A stretch of 64,000 nucleotides of DNA from the human T2T-CHM13v2.0 reference genome, Homo sapiens (GCF_009914755.1 NC_060937.1); one strand, 5' to 3'. Positions 47,068 through 62,464 are shown, numbered from the stretch's first letter. Notes: a model not told the origin generated them from the sequence alone. Translations and numbers: made by a program.

Positions 47068-48740
47068 TAGAGCTAACCCTGTCACACCTCAAGTGTTCAT
47101 GGGTTTATCAGATGCCCTCTATCCTACGATGACCTTTGAATCCTTAGACATATTGAACAGTCTCTATTCCTGGGTTCACTTCTGCAGCCCCAAGAATCTG
47201 GTGATTCCAGTCCTAGCTTTTCATCTGCTTAGAGCTTGTACATCTCTCCAGATTGCACAGAGAATGAGATTCAAGATGACCAACCCGCCAGCTATGTTTC
47301 CTTCTTGACCTGTATGGGTCCTAGGACGACATCATACATCCTTTGCCTGCACACCTCTAGGGAGGCTGATAGGTCTCAGTGTTGCAGACCTCAGGCCCTT
47401 GCTCTGCTGCCAAAGGGACAGCTAGTCCTTTTTTGCACTCTAGATGGCTGAAGGAAAAGCCAAGCCTGAGCCCCAGCACCCATTAACTGTGTGAAATACA
47501 ACAAGCTCTCAGTCCCACAAAAGCCCTTTGAACCTTTCTCCCTTGGGGGAGAGAGGCACAGACCCATAGCACACTAGCGGATTTCCCCTAATAAACTCTC
47601 TACTGAAATTTTCCCTCCCCTGCCAATACCGCCCTATGTCCTTTTGATGTGAGTTTTACCAGTTATTGGTATTCTGCTTTCACTTTGGTTACAAATGTAT
47701 GCAATGGTCCCCTGCCCGCCCGCGTATACATTTCTTCTCTCTGTTCCGTGTTTCTGGCCATGGTGTGGTGCCTACGCTCTGGTTAATTCTGTCTTTCCCA
47801 GCCCTGTACCTGGCAAGGCTAATAATACCTTAGGAAGTGCAGGTGTTGCAGAAAGATTCCAACCTAATTTCCAGCAGGTGAATGGATATGCCATAGAGTT
47901 TAAATCCTTCTAGGTAGACCCTTTCAAGTCTCGGCAACTGAGGGCCTATGAGATAATGTTTAATACCAAATCTAGCTGGGGCTGGAAGGGATAGAGAAAG
48001 GCCAGGCCAAAAAGCTGATTGTCAAGCGCTCAGGGCTAGCACCCTAAGACTAAAGAAAAAGGCAAATCTGGAGACCAGATTTGAACACGTAAGTCATGCT
48101 CAGAGAAGCTGGTAAGCTGAAGTGCCAAAACTACAGAAAGGACTTACACATATGAGAGTGCAAGATAATGAAACAGGTGGCAGATGTAGCACTAGAGACA
48201 GGTCAGATGTGGAAATTCTGCATATTGGACCTAGAATGAATCCTGGCTCCTAGAAGGAGGAATCCTCACTTAGCCACCGCAGTCTTTTAAACACAGGCTC
48301 TGTACATCCCTGGAGGGATGACCTTGGGACTTCCACGTTGTAAAGTTCTTTTGGGAAGTACTGAAGCCTGAGAGTTAGTGCATTGGCCACTGTCATACTG
48401 AGGAACAACCAGCTGGTAATATTGTCTTCTGCTATGAACTGAAGGAGTGAAATGGAAGAGTAAAATGTGGGATGGAAAACAATAGTAATTATATAAAGCA
48501 TTGTTATTTATTCGACACACAAAATGTAAGAATCTATGCTATCTGAAAAATAACATCTTTAACTAATTCTTTTTCATTTTGAAAGTAACTGCTCTTAGTT
48601 ATGAGTGATTTTATTCAAATAATCCATTGAATTATGAATATAAAAGTTATTGTCCTTTTGGCAAAATTGACTGTAACATATTTTTAATAATTTTAGGGGC
48701 ATTTCAGCTTTAAGTTGAATTCCCAGTGAACTTTGCAGTG

Positions 48741-49054
48741 TTTTTCTTTTCTTTCTTTCTTTTCTTTTTTTTTGAGACAGGATCTCGCTGTGTTGCCCAG
48801 GCTGGAGTGCAGTGGTGCAATCACGGTTCACTGCAGCCCCAACTCCTGGACTCAAGTGATCCTTCCACCTCAGCCTCCTGAGTAGCTGGGACTACAGGCA
48901 TACGCCACCACATCTGGCTAATTTTAAAATTTTATATAGAGACAGGGCCTTGCTATGTTGCCTAGGCTGGTCTTGCACTCCTGACCTCAAGCGCTCCTCC
49001 TGCCTCAGCCTCCCAAGGTGTTGGGATTACAGGCGACAGCCACTGTGCCCAGCT
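48741..49054 (-). mobile_element. AluJ
   Basis: Diverged Alu dimer with a short TSD tgcagt. Confidence 0.92.
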
Positions 49055-51409
49055 TGCAGTACCTTTCCATTTGATTCAATTTTTCTAAAATTCCCCACCA
49101 TACAGTTTTCTTGAGTTGTCCTTTTCATGAGGTGTTTGGTCATTTTTTGTTTAATGCAATGTGACATTTCACTAACTTTTAACAGCTATACAAAAATGAA
49201 TGAGAAATGCCACATTGATGTAATTAACCTGTCCTTGGAGTGTGCCTTCAGGAGAGTAGTGACTTAGAGGAGGGAATGGCTAAAGGCTGGATTCTCGAGG
49301 CAGATAGCCAAATCTGGCTATTAGAGAGCCTCAATGTCTCATATATAGGATGAGGATAATGAGAGATCTCCTTACCATGTTGTTGTGTGCATATAATACA
49401 CATAATAGAAGCTCTCTCTGTGCTCCAGCACCGGGCACCAGCACAGCGTGGTCTAGTTTATTATCTTCCTGACTTCATGGCTTTAATTTCTGTCTCTCTC
49501 CTCCATCTGGAACACCACATCCAACTCTTCCTGCCAGCATCAATTCTGCTCTACCCTTCAAGGCCTCACTCATGTCCCATTCTTCCTGGAATGCTTCCAA
49601 TCCACTGTGTGTTATATGATCACTTTTAATATCTATTCCTGAAATAGTGTTTTCTCTCCATCACTTGGTATTAAAGTTGTCAGACACTTTGCACTGACTA
49701 CAAGACATACTTATAGTCCCATTTACATTGTAATCATTTTGATGCTAGGAAAGGTGATCGAGAAGTCTTTTATTGACAAGGTATTTTAAATGACTAATTA
49801 ACAAGAAAACTATGTATCCATATATTTATAAAAATCCCTAAACTTGCCCCTTTTACCCCACCCCGATATCTCCTCCTGATCATCTAATTCTATTTTCATT
49901 CCACTTGAGGAGTTGTATTTGAGTAGCTTAATATAAGAGACAAAATAGCCCCATCAGGGATCTTTTATCCCTTTACTACGCAAGTATATATTGTGTGCTC
50001 CTCTTTATGTTTTGATCAAAAAATTAGTTTTTAAGAAGATCTGGAAAATGAAGTTTTCAGGATTAAATTACTTCTATTTCTTTGTTTTTTACCTGGCTTG
50101 AGAAGCAGTTACCAATATCAAGCTTGGCTTTAAGGTAAGTATTTGACTTCATATTTATTCGACACATAAAAAGCTGCCGTCAGTTGCCAGGATTTGTGCA
50201 TTTGTCTGAAATGACCTAGTAAAGCTGGGAAATCTGTGTAGGGTTTTCCCATGTTTAATTCAATAATTAAAATACTAAAAATGTTATGTAAACTGCCATT
50301 TGAAGAGTGAAAACCAGATAATGAGAAACGTGTTTATATAACAAAATATCTCATTGCAATCCATTTCACAGTTCCTATTTTAAACCCAAATGGGAGCAAT
50401 TATGCAAAATTAAATATCGAGGTAATGGCAGTGCCAGATGTCCATTTGAGGACTTTAAGACTGGAAATGACCACTTAGAAAAGGCATGTTATAAACAAGC
50501 ATCTGGCCCAGGATTCCATATCCCTTTTTGTTTGGTGGGTGCTGTGTACTTATAAAGACTCTCCTTTTGAAGAAAGCTGCCAGTGTCCTTGCCAGGGGTC
50601 CCACTCTTCCCTCCTTGCCTCATCTTCCCCACTGGGATGTCTGGCTGGAAAAACAACCTGGCATCCTGGTGCCCATACATTTCTCGTGTTCAACTTCAGA
50701 ATATGGGTACTATTCGTCGAGATACACATCACTAAGAGCATTGCGACATTTTCACATCCCCAGGTCCTTTACTTTCTAATTGGTCTTGTGGTGTGTTCAT
50801 AACTATGGACTGCATGTGGATCACAACAATTATTGGGAATACACTTTCAGCTCACATATATATTTATTATACATTATAATTATATGTATTATGTATTTAT
50901 GTATTATTACATATATTTATTATATAATAAATACATATTTATTTTACATATACAGTTATATGCGAGCGTCAGAACACTGTAAATATAATGGCTGTGAAAT
51001 TATATCTTTAAAGTCTTATTATATTTAGGACCATGGAAAATTTGAAAGGGGTTAATAATATGATTTTTTCCTTTGTAGGGGATGTTAGGGTAGAAAGACC
51101 AATGGCATCTTCAAAGGCTGCTTGGCCTCTTGTGGAAACTTGGACAGAGTGGTGGCCCATGCCCTGTGTAGTTATTTGCAGTTACGGTTGTGTGTCCTTA
51201 CCAATGTGGAAGTAACTTGTGTCTTTTGACTGAGTCTCTTGCAGTTTTCCCATGAGTCACCATTGCCTTGCAATAACCTCAGTAACTAAATGAAAAGCTG
51301 TTAGAAATTTAGTATCTAGAAGGATCATCTCAAAGATGACTGAGTTAGAGCCTGGAAGAGAAATCCGTTTGAATGCATTTAGGTCTGAAGGATTAATGCT
51401 GATCATTGA

Positions 51410-51774
<365 letters not shown>

Positions 51775-52462
51775 TGATATCTCCAAATTAAGATAATTCT
51801 GTAGAAAAATAAAGAGCCATGCCTATTGTTTGGGCATTTTAATTAATGCATATAGCTGGCCACTTCCTAAATAATATTTCAAACTGCTATTACAATGACT
51901 GCTATTTGTTAAGTAAGAAACCATTTGGAGTTTAGGTGATTTGTGATCAGGTGTTTTGAAATTCATGATAATTTATAGATCCAGGGATTCCAATGACATT
52001 GACTAATTGACTGCATTTTCCTGAGTGGCAAATAATATAATTCAAATACGTAATAAATCAATGTTTGATACTTAAAAATATAGATGATAAAAATAAATTT
52101 AAAAAATAAAGTCAATAAAAGAGTTCTAATTAATGTCATGGTTTGCACATACTGAAACACTTAAACAGGAACATTTTGCTATACTGCATCCCTGGATAAA
52201 CATTTTCCTATACAGCATCTACAGATTAGAGGTCCAGTGTCTCTCTTTACTAAATCATACCCATAATGCAGACCTTGAGATTTCTATGCTTAAAATTCTT
52301 CAGGTTAACCTAGAACCAAAAGATACATGTGCGACAATTTGAGGGCAGAATCATGCTAGGTTTTTCTCGATTTACCAACCTCAAACATCTAAAGTTGTTT
52401 ATCCTCCTACTAGCTGGACAGTTCTTTTAAGCCACTTAGTGTTTACAAAGCATTAATTTTAG

Positions 52463-52650
52463 TGTTCCTAGTAACAACTCTCTCTTTTTGCGCTCAATTT
52501 ATCTGTTTATTTGGTTAAATTTAAACTATAACAAGTAAAACTGACATATACACGTTTGTTCCTAGTAACAACTCTGTCTTTGTGCACTCAGTTTATCTGT
52601 TTATTTAGTTAAATTTAAACTATAACAAGTAAAACTGGCATATCCATGTT
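52463..52650. repeat. Tandem duplication, 2 x 94 bp
   Basis: 52463-52556 versus 52557-52650: 8 mismatches, no gaps. Confidence 0.95.
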
Positions 52651-53598
52651 TGGGACTACAGGAGAGTGCACTCTTGGTAAGCTCACATCTCTACAGGTGG
52701 AAGTGGAATGCCCCATTTGCCTGGAGATGATCCCAGTGGCTGTCTGTGCTGGGGATGTCACTCACACAGTTCAGAGTACTTTACAGTGGGACTGGAGGAT
52801 AGTCAGTAAATAGAAGTCAGTTGAAAACTTCCAGAGTAGCTGCTTGTTTTGCATAATTTAGCAATTCAGAAAATAACATATATAAATACATGTAACACTT
52901 AGACTGAATAGACAGTCTAAGAATACTGAGAAAAATGAAAGTGCATTAATTGTTTTATAAGCCTTCAGCAAGCATGTTTCTTTCTATAATGAAATGTAAA
53001 ATTAAGTTTTTTTCTTCTGTATGGAAGAAGATGTGAATGGTGATTTAATTACATTAACTTCAAATACATTGAATGAATACACGCTGCCACCTGTGTGCAT
53101 ATGATGAATACAGTACATATAAACATTTTAGGATATTATTTTTGAGTACCCATTTTAGAAAAGTGAAAAGCGATATAAGAACTTATTAAGATGATTTATC
53201 ATTCACTAAAGTCATATAGCAAAAAGAACAAAGTATGTTACCTAATACAGAATTTCTAAATGTAGAACCATATCCTGGTAATGTGAATATGATTAGAGAT
53301 TCCAGGTGGAAATCGTTTTTGACTGTCAGAATCTTAAATCATACCCAGATGATATAGACATATAATATGCAAGCTACATTGAACATCCAAACTCTATTAC
53401 TGTCTAATTCTTTTTCAAGGATGTTCGCCAATAATTGAGGTATCTTTTTTTCTACTTATATCTCTCGCCCTTCTTCTTGCCTTTTTTTTTGTTTGTATCT
53501 TGCCTGTATTTCTCTTCATTGTGGTTCCATTAGGGTTTACTCTATTCCTACTCTCTCTCATTGGATAGCCCTAGGCAATGTTACAAAGTAGGGGAAGT

Positions 53599-53926
<328 letters not shown>

Positions 53927-55928
53927 TCAGCACTGTTAGAAACCAGTGAAACAATTTGGATTTTTACAGCATTCCCAGTGTGTTTATTGAGCTAATGTAT
54001 ATTCATTGCTTCATTTGAGAGACTGTGTATTATTTAGGTACATTCAATAATGTATTTTCTATGTATCATGAAAGCCATTTTGCAGAAATATGAAGAAAAG
54101 ATTTTCCTAATTTGAAAATATTTTTATGTAAATTAGTTCAGATTCCCCAGTACTTTTCATCATGTTTGTTTGATTTTTGGGACCTTCTCTTGACCGTTTG
54201 TGACTGTTTCAGGTTTGCAGAGGTAATGAGAGTTCTGTGAAAGTATATTGAGCTGGATGTTGAAACACCACCGAGTCATTTAGTTTTTCCTCTTGACTTT
54301 GCATCTTGATTTGGTACAAGTCTACCCAGTTCCACATGTATGAGTTCAGTCCGTTCCATATGACACTCTCTCAGGTAATGGAAACACAAAGTAAAAATAC
54401 ACACACTTCTAAACCTGAGATCTTTAAAGAGAGGATATTCTGACCAAGAGTGGCAGGTGGCACAACCCAACTGAGCACCCAGCTCACCCAAACCCAGCCA
54501 GGGGAACCAGAAAGATATCTAAGCAGAGTATTCGAATTCATAGTGTAAGTTCCCGGAAGCAGTGCTGCAGGAAGAGAAAACAGGACAATTACCAAATGGT
54601 CTTGTGTCTGTTTTGGAAATGGCTTCCATGTTAGGTGAAGATTGAGTTGAATCTTGAGAAGACTGGATATATGAGTAGGGATTGGACAGATAGAGGCTGT
54701 GGGTGTGTGTTTTGGAGATGGGGTGGGGTTTAGGATGAAGATGAAGACCCTCTCTCACAAAACGAAGGCAAACTATTACAGTTAGGAAGTGTTAAGGCAC
54801 ACGGGCTGGGTTATTATTTAAAAGTTTCCGAGTACTCCTGGAAGGTGGAGAATGATAAAAGTATTATCTTCTTTGCTGACCTCTTAGGATTATAAGGTCA
54901 TTCACCCCAAATTGGAGTTATGAATGGAAAATCAATTTAAAGTCACAAAATTGTAATATTATTATAATATTCAACTTTAGCATTGATATTTTAGATTCAG
55001 AGAATGCAACAGATAAAGTTTATGAATAAATATTAGAATATTTAAAAATAGATTCTATCAAAGAGAAATAATATTTGTAGATTTATAAAATTACATCGTG
55101 TGCATTTTGGCTGTTACAGTTTATATAAAATCATAGGAGCAAGAATGATTAGCTTGTTTTCATTTCTACTTAAAAAAATCAGCTATGTAGAATTCTTTTG
55201 CACACATTTATTTTCTTTATATTTTTGATTAACGAAGGCACTCAGGTTGTGATATAAAAACTACTTTTTGGAACATATCCGTAAATCATGCTGGAGATGG
55301 AATAAAGACTCATGCATCAAGTTGACAGAGTTGATGGCATTATCCACGCAGAATTCCTGCATTTGGATGCAAAGGGTGCTAGAAGAGACTTTACTTAGGC
55401 AGAAAAGCTTCCCTCATACGTGATTCTAATATGCTTTTGGGTTGCTAACATGGAGTATTTTAGTACATTGCTAAACCTCATATTTCAATAGTAGGAATAC
55501 CACAAGTATGCATAGAGGACTTGGAATATTATAATCCAGTGATATACTATTTTTTAATAATTTTAGAATTATTTAAAATGAAATCATAGCATGTATTATT
55601 GCATTTATATGGGTAATTCTGGGAGGGGATTTCAATGCATCCATTGACGAAGTGCTGGAATGACGAATGATAATAATTTGCTCATTTTTGAATTTTGTAT
55701 TACTCAGTGATTTTTCTAAGTTACAAAGCTGATTGTGGCACAAGGTAGAATATTTGGAAAGCAAGATAAGCAAAACGAAGGAATTAAATCCACCTTCAAT
55801 ATCATCGGGAAGAAAACAGTAACTCCTAACTTTCCAGTGCCTACCCATGCAGTCTTTTAAAACTGTTTTGAAAAGACATTATCAAAAGATTAAAAATAAA
55901 GAATCCAAAGCAAGGAGTGTATCTTTGA

Positions 55929-56246
<318 letters not shown>

Positions 56247-56339
56247 TAAAGTAGTCTTTGAACCAATTTTAATATATGTAATTGGATAAAGTTATTTGCA
56301 TTGTCTATGATTTCTGGTCAAATGCTATTGAAATCAAGT

Positions 56340-56740
56340 ATTTTTTATTGGTACATAAAAATTGCACATATCTATGGAGTACATGTGATGTTTTGATACA
56401 TGCATGCAATGTGTAATCAGAGTAAATGGAATATCCATTACCTCAAACATTTATCTTTCTTTGTGTCGGGAAACTTCCAAATCTTTCTTATAATTATTTT
56501 GAAATATACAATTTTTTTTATTAATTATAGTTACCCTACTGTGCTATAGAACACCAGAACTCATTCCCTCCATCTTGCTGTGTGTTTGTGCAGAGTAACC
56601 AGCCTCTGTTTATCCCCTTCCCTTGCACCCCTGTCAGCTTCCAGGATCCAACATTCTACTCTCTACCTCCATGAGTTACCCTTTTTTAGCTCCCACATAT
56701 GAGTGAGAACATGAGATATCTGTTTTTCTGTGCCTGGTTT
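56340..56740 (-). mobile_element. L1MA-like 3' end fragment
   Basis: Motifs gagtacatgtgatgttttgatacatgcat and tagctcccacatatgagtgagaacatg. Confidence 0.85.
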
Positions 56741-57091
56741 ATAAAATCAGGTACATGTCTGTTAGAGCAACTTTGGACCAAATATTTTGATGTGCAACAA
56801 TGATTACCATTACACATAATTAGATTTAATACTTTTAAAATTGTATTTTTACAGAATAATTATAAATTGAAATCTGATCTTAGAGTTGGCCCAATAGAGG
56901 TATAATTTATCAATATGATTAAGACAAAGTTAGAAATTTAATGGCTTTCCTCTTTTTAGGCCCATAACAAAAGTGTAATTTAGTTATGAGCAAGATCTTA
57001 TTTTCTTTTGCAGTTAACTGAGAGTAATAGTGAATCATTGGGAAGATATTCTAAGTACTATCATTCATTATATTTGTTAACTCTTAGATTT

Positions 57092-57844
57092 TGTTGACGA
57101 AAGAGTCAAACTCTGTAAAATATTTTCAGAGATTTATTCTGAGCCAAATACGAGTGACCATGGCCCGTGACACAGCCCTCAGGAGGTCCTGAGAACATGC
57201 ACCCAAGGTGGCTGGGGTACAGCTTGTTCTTATGTATTTTAGCAAGGCATGAGACATCAATCAAATACATTTAAGAAATACATTAGTTTGGTTCAGAAAG
57301 GCGAGACAACTCAAAGAGGCAGCTTCTAGGCTATAGGTAAATTTAAACATTTTCTGGTTGACATTGATTGGGTTTGTCTAAAGATCTGGGATCCATAGAA
57401 AGGAATGCTCAGGGTGAAGATAAAGGATTGTGGAAACCAAGTTTTATTGTGCAGAGGGAGCTCTCAGCAGACCTCAGAGAGAGCAGGTTGTAAATTGTTT
57501 CTTATCAGACTTAAACGGGTGCCTGGCTCTTAGTTGATTATCTCCTGGATCTGGAAAGAAAGGAAGGAAAACAAAGGGAGAAGGGGATTCTCTATAGAAT
57601 GTGGATTTTTCCCACAAGAGACTTTGCAGGGCAATTTCAAGATATGGCAAGGGAATATATTTTGGGGTTAAGTATTTTTTTCCTTGTTTCATAATGTCAT
57701 GCCAGAGTCAGATTGAAAAGTAAGTCACAATATATAGGGTCAAATGAAACCCATCTGATGAGAATTTGTGGTTTATATGACATGACTCCCTAGACCCCTT
57801 AGGTAGGAATTTGGGCAAGATAAAAAATCCGAGCTTAGTCCTCA
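57092..57844 (-). mobile_element. MER4-family (MER4E-like) ERV1 solo LTR
   Basis: TG..CA termini, motif gagatttattctgagccaaat and a 4-bp TSD attt (57088-57091, 57845-57848). Confidence 0.9.
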
Positions 57845-58950
57845 ATTTATATGTAGATAAAAATATAAATAATGGTTTTCCAAAGTTATAAGAAATTGAA
57901 GGATGGAGAAATAACTCGTTTGCTATTTATTACAATGTTCAATCTTTAGCAAAATATTTTAACCTCCCCAAGACTTGATCTGTAAACTAAGATGGATGAA
58001 TTACTAGAAGTTTCAATAAGTTACCATATAAATGTTTTTAGAATAGATCTTGACACAGAGTAGGCATTCAATTAGCATTAATAATTTTAAATGATATTAT
58101 ATTTATGAGATGCATATGTTGTATACATTCATGTAATTTACACATAACACACACACATACACACATGTATCCCAGATAAAAAAAGAAGAGATCATTAGAA
58201 AAACATACTAACTTAAAATAAATGAATACAAGAAAAATACACAGATTTTAGCTGAATTAATATTAACAAATAAAGTTTATAAATGATAATTTTACACTGA
58301 ATATGGAGAAATCACCTTTATGTATGAAATATCCTTATTTGACTATTTTTTTAAAAAATATATTTTTTCAGAACCTTCCCTCATCTTTATACTATATTAA
58401 ATTCAAAAAAAATATTTATAATGGGCTGGGTACTACTGAAGGTCCATTTGGTAGGCTGAGGTTCAGATATGCTAAGTAGTGTATCCAAAGAAAAAGAGCA
58501 TCTAGAGATTTTTATTGCTGCTAACTGAATCTCAACTCCTTCCCTGGAGATGAAGGCAGGTCACTGCAGGGCAGATGCAAAGTGGTCACTCTTAAGGGGC
58601 TGTATTTGTCCATTCAAGGTAATCCTTTTAAGCATCAAATGTCATGTAGGTGAAAAATGGGTCAGGTAGTTTAGAAAATGGTGGAGTAAAGCAACTGCCA
58701 AATTCAGGTAAGAGATACTGGTTATTATGATATAACAAGTGGTGGGATTCTTATGCTGAATCTCAGAGCAGACAACAGCTTCTTCTCCAGCTTGTCTGTC
58801 CTTAACCCCTCAGTCTGGAGTTACTTTCAATTTCTATAAGGACCCTTTATACCCTGTGATTGCATTATTGTTCCACAATATTCTGAAAAGCGCCTATTTT
58901 CCTATCTTTCCAATGAGATCCCCAGGGAATTTGAAGGCAGGAGTTTTCTT

Positions 58951-59449
58951 TGTTACCAAAAACACCAGCGGTTCACTCTAGATTCTGCAGCTTGCTGCAC
59001 AGAAAGCCAATCACTGAGACAGCAAGTGTTGCTAAGGACAAAGGCTTTATTGGGTGCTGCAGCTGAGGAGATGGGAGATCAGCCTCAAATCCATCTTCCT
59101 GACTGACTGAAATTAGGGGTTTATGTAGCAGGGAAGAAATGTAACCTTGTGTGGGAAAACAGGAATTAGGGAGCGGTAAGGAAGAGGAGTTGGTCAACAG
59201 GAAGCAAGTGGTCAGTTAAGCAATTATGACCATGACTGTGAGGAGTCTGGCATCTCATTGTCCAGATGCAGTGATTTGGTGGGTTTCAGCTTCTTGATAT
59301 TATCTGAGTGGACTGCTGGCTTTCTGAGAAAAGAATTCAGATAAGACAACTGTAATTTTTTCAAGTTTTAAGGCTAGGAGTGTCAATTTCTATGTTTATT
59401 TCAAATGAACCATAAACATCAGTTCTATTAGACAATTGAGCTAGTTTCA
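58951..59449 (-). mobile_element. ERV1 solo LTR (LTR26/LTR45-like)
   Basis: tgttacc..gtttca termini, motif cacagaaagccaatcactgagac, minus-strand AATAAA and flanks tctt/tcat. Confidence 0.78.
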
Positions 59450-60679
59450 TCATCAGGGGCCATATGATATTTCACCACTTTAAACTACCAAACAATGTTA
59501 TGTCAGAAATGTTATTCACGTTTTAAATTCAACAGCAAGTTTTAGCAACAAATTTTGATATTCTATAAATTAGGAATATGATTTTAATTGAGATTGACAA
59601 GGTATATTTTATGAAAGAGTATAGGATGAAGTTAGCATCTGCTCATTTTTGGCACCACTGAGAATAAAAATTCATATGTAATATTTTTCCACCACACAAC
59701 ATTATACATATATAACCAACATTTTTCACATGAAGATTCTCCTCAAGAAGGGGAATGACCGCCCAAGCCATCAAACTCTACTTTTAAACACCAGCTTATT
59801 ATAGCCATACAATCAGGTGGCATTCTAAGAGCAACCTAAAGTTATAATACATCCGTGAGCAGAAGCTATCATCTGGGTCATAAGTTACCTTCTCAGAAAA
59901 GACAAATATATCTGAATATAGCCATTACATGAAGCACTTAGATCCTTTTCTCCAAAATAATATTTTTTTCTGTTTGCAAATGTAATGCAAGTTTACTGCA
60001 GAGTATCTGGAAAACAAATAAAATATCTAAATAAGGAAATATGTTTTTATTAATGGTATTTTATTAATACCATTTCTTAGGAATAACACCCTTTAAAATA
60101 TTTTTTCCGAGCTTTTTATTATTATAAACACATATTCAGTTAATGTTGTAGAGATCATCCAATATATTGAATTTTGTGTGTGCCCTCTACTTGTCAGAGT
60201 ATTAAATGCAATCTACTGGTATTCCTGTGTCTTGAAAGAAACTATATCTGTATGTCACAATCAACGCTGCCTATGTGGGAAAGGGAAGTTTCCCTTATTT
60301 GTACTTTGACAAATGTGGCTATTTCCTAGGCTGTACTGGTCACAGAGACTGTGCCAAGGACCTGCATCATTACTGGCTCAGCGCTAGGTAGAGAGGGTAG
60401 TATGGAAAGTGGGGCATACATAAAACATCGTTTCCTCTGCAGCATCTTTGAAACCAAGAGCAGATTTAGAAACAGTTTTTAATATACTTCCCCTCCTGAA
60501 AATAGAAAAGGAAAAATACCAAGGAAGGTATTTATTAAGAGCCAGGTTCCAGAAGACATTGAGTTATGAAGTTATTTTTATGGTAAACATTCATTATACT
60601 TGCAAATATTTCCACTTACCCCTTTCAGAACTTAGGTGGGATTGCATTTGGGAGTCATTCATGGTTGAGTAGTACTGTG

Positions 60680-60945
60680 TGATTAGTTATGGTGAATTGG
60701 ATATGAAAGAATGTGTTATGTGTCATTGCCAAGGCGTGACATACACTGTTAGTGAGAGGCCTTGGACATCCTTTCATTTTCCTCAGGTTGCATGATTGCC
60801 AAAGTTCAAGGCTAGGCTGAACAGAGACCCCTGCCTAACCACGATGGGCAGGTAACCTGAGAGATAAATATACTTTCTTTTCAGCCACCGAGATTTGGGG
60901 GCTGATTTTTACTGCTGTATAGTTTAGCCTGTTTTTACTCTTGAT
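60680..60945 (+). mobile_element. Old MaLR LTR 3' part (MLT1-like)
   Basis: Motif agccaccgagatttggggg..tactgctgtatagtttagcct. Confidence 0.5.
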
Positions 60946-61109
60946 AATAATTGAGTATTTGTGGACTGTGTGTACAACACATTGGAATCGGTGTTGAATA
61001 AATGAGTACTCCTTTCTATGTGATCGTGGAATAGACATTAGAATGGTATTTCAAGGACTAAAGCAATGGCACAGGCAAAGGTGAGCTGAGAGCAGTGGTG
61101 AGGCGGACT

Positions 61110-61222
61110 AAATTCACAGTGGCTGGGAACAGTCTCTGCTTACACTTGTTGTGCTGGAATAATTTTTAATACCAACTTATTTTTTCTCAAGGGCCCTGGT
61201 TTGGATGATAAATTATGTCTTA
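61110..61222 (-). mobile_element. MER94-like hAT MITE
   Basis: The reverse complement reads cataatttatcatccaaaccagg.. Confidence 0.6.
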
Positions 61223-62267
61223 GTTTTACATAAACCACATGTTGACTTCTTTATCCTTACCTTTTCCTACCGAACAGATTTTATGATCTAATTATCATTG
61301 TTAACCTGATTGCTGTGTTTTGGTATATTTTCATATTACAATTTAACCTCTCATATTTTATTGTGCTACATTTCCCAGTATAGCCCTTGATGTTTTCATT
61401 AATGTGTTTTCCTTTCCCCTGGATTATAAAATACCAGTATTTATTTCGCTCCCTACTTTACACTACCTGGTAATAAACACAGTGAAATTTATTGTTTCAT
61501 GAAATTGTTATTACTGTTTAGTCAGTAATCACTGTCACAAAAAAGCAAATACCAGTGCAGAACTGTCTTCAATCCAAAAAAGAAAATGACATCTGATGCC
61601 CCAATATTACTTATTTTACCTTTTCGAAAGTCTTGTTTAGGGCTCCGGGTATGACCATATATATATTGAACATTATTGTCTTCTCTCTCTCCCTCTCGCT
61701 GTCTGTCTGTCTCTCTCTCTCTCAAGCAAGTAGTGGCATCAATCTATTTGAAAATTTAGAGACCATTAGCAAATGTTTCCTGGAATTGTGTGTCTGGAAA
61801 ATTGGTGGCAATCAGCAAGAATAGTTCAAAAACAGTTCGATTTTCTAGTTCCTTCGGAGCAAAATTACACATATATCACCATGGGCAAGTCTTAAGAAAG
61901 GTGTTAAGATGTCATTAATTTATTCTGATTAACTTTCCTGGCTCAAATTTCCTCAGTTTAATTCTTTCATATGTACTTTCCTCTTTAACCCTTTGCCTTT
62001 ATTTCTAAATGTGTGCAGTGATATATATAGGAATAAATATTTCATAATCCATATTATACTGCTTTTTTAAAAAATCAAATTTTTAATAATCACCTCAATG
62101 AGAAGAAACTTTTGTTTTCTTGAAAACCATTATCAAAATCCTGTTTTCTAAACAGCATATTTCCAGCACAGATTAAATTGCCAGTATATTTGTATACTAA
62201 GAAAGCAGACATTCCATTTGGAAGTACTACACATATTCACAAAGGTCTGTAAAATCTGAGTCTTATG

Positions 62268-62435
62268 CAGTGGTTCTCAAACCTTGGTATGCACTATAAT
62301 TGTTTGGGAAGTTTTAAAGAGTAGTAATGCCTGAGTTTAACCCTAGAATCGGGTTTCATTGATTGTAGCCGAGTATTGATATAATTTTGACTTCCTCTGG
62401 TGATTCTAAAGAATAGTCAGTATGAAGAACTACTG
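62268..62435. mobile_element. MER5-like hAT MITE
   Basis: Inverted termini cagtggttctcaa / tgaagaactactg and motif ggtgattctaa. Confidence 0.75.
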
Positions 62436-62464
62436 TCTCAGTGGACCCCAGACTTTGCTGTGCA

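Noticed and set aside
57092-59449. Single provirus bounded by two LTRs
   Set aside because: The LTRs belong to different families, each has its own flanking duplication, and the interval has no gag/pol sequence.
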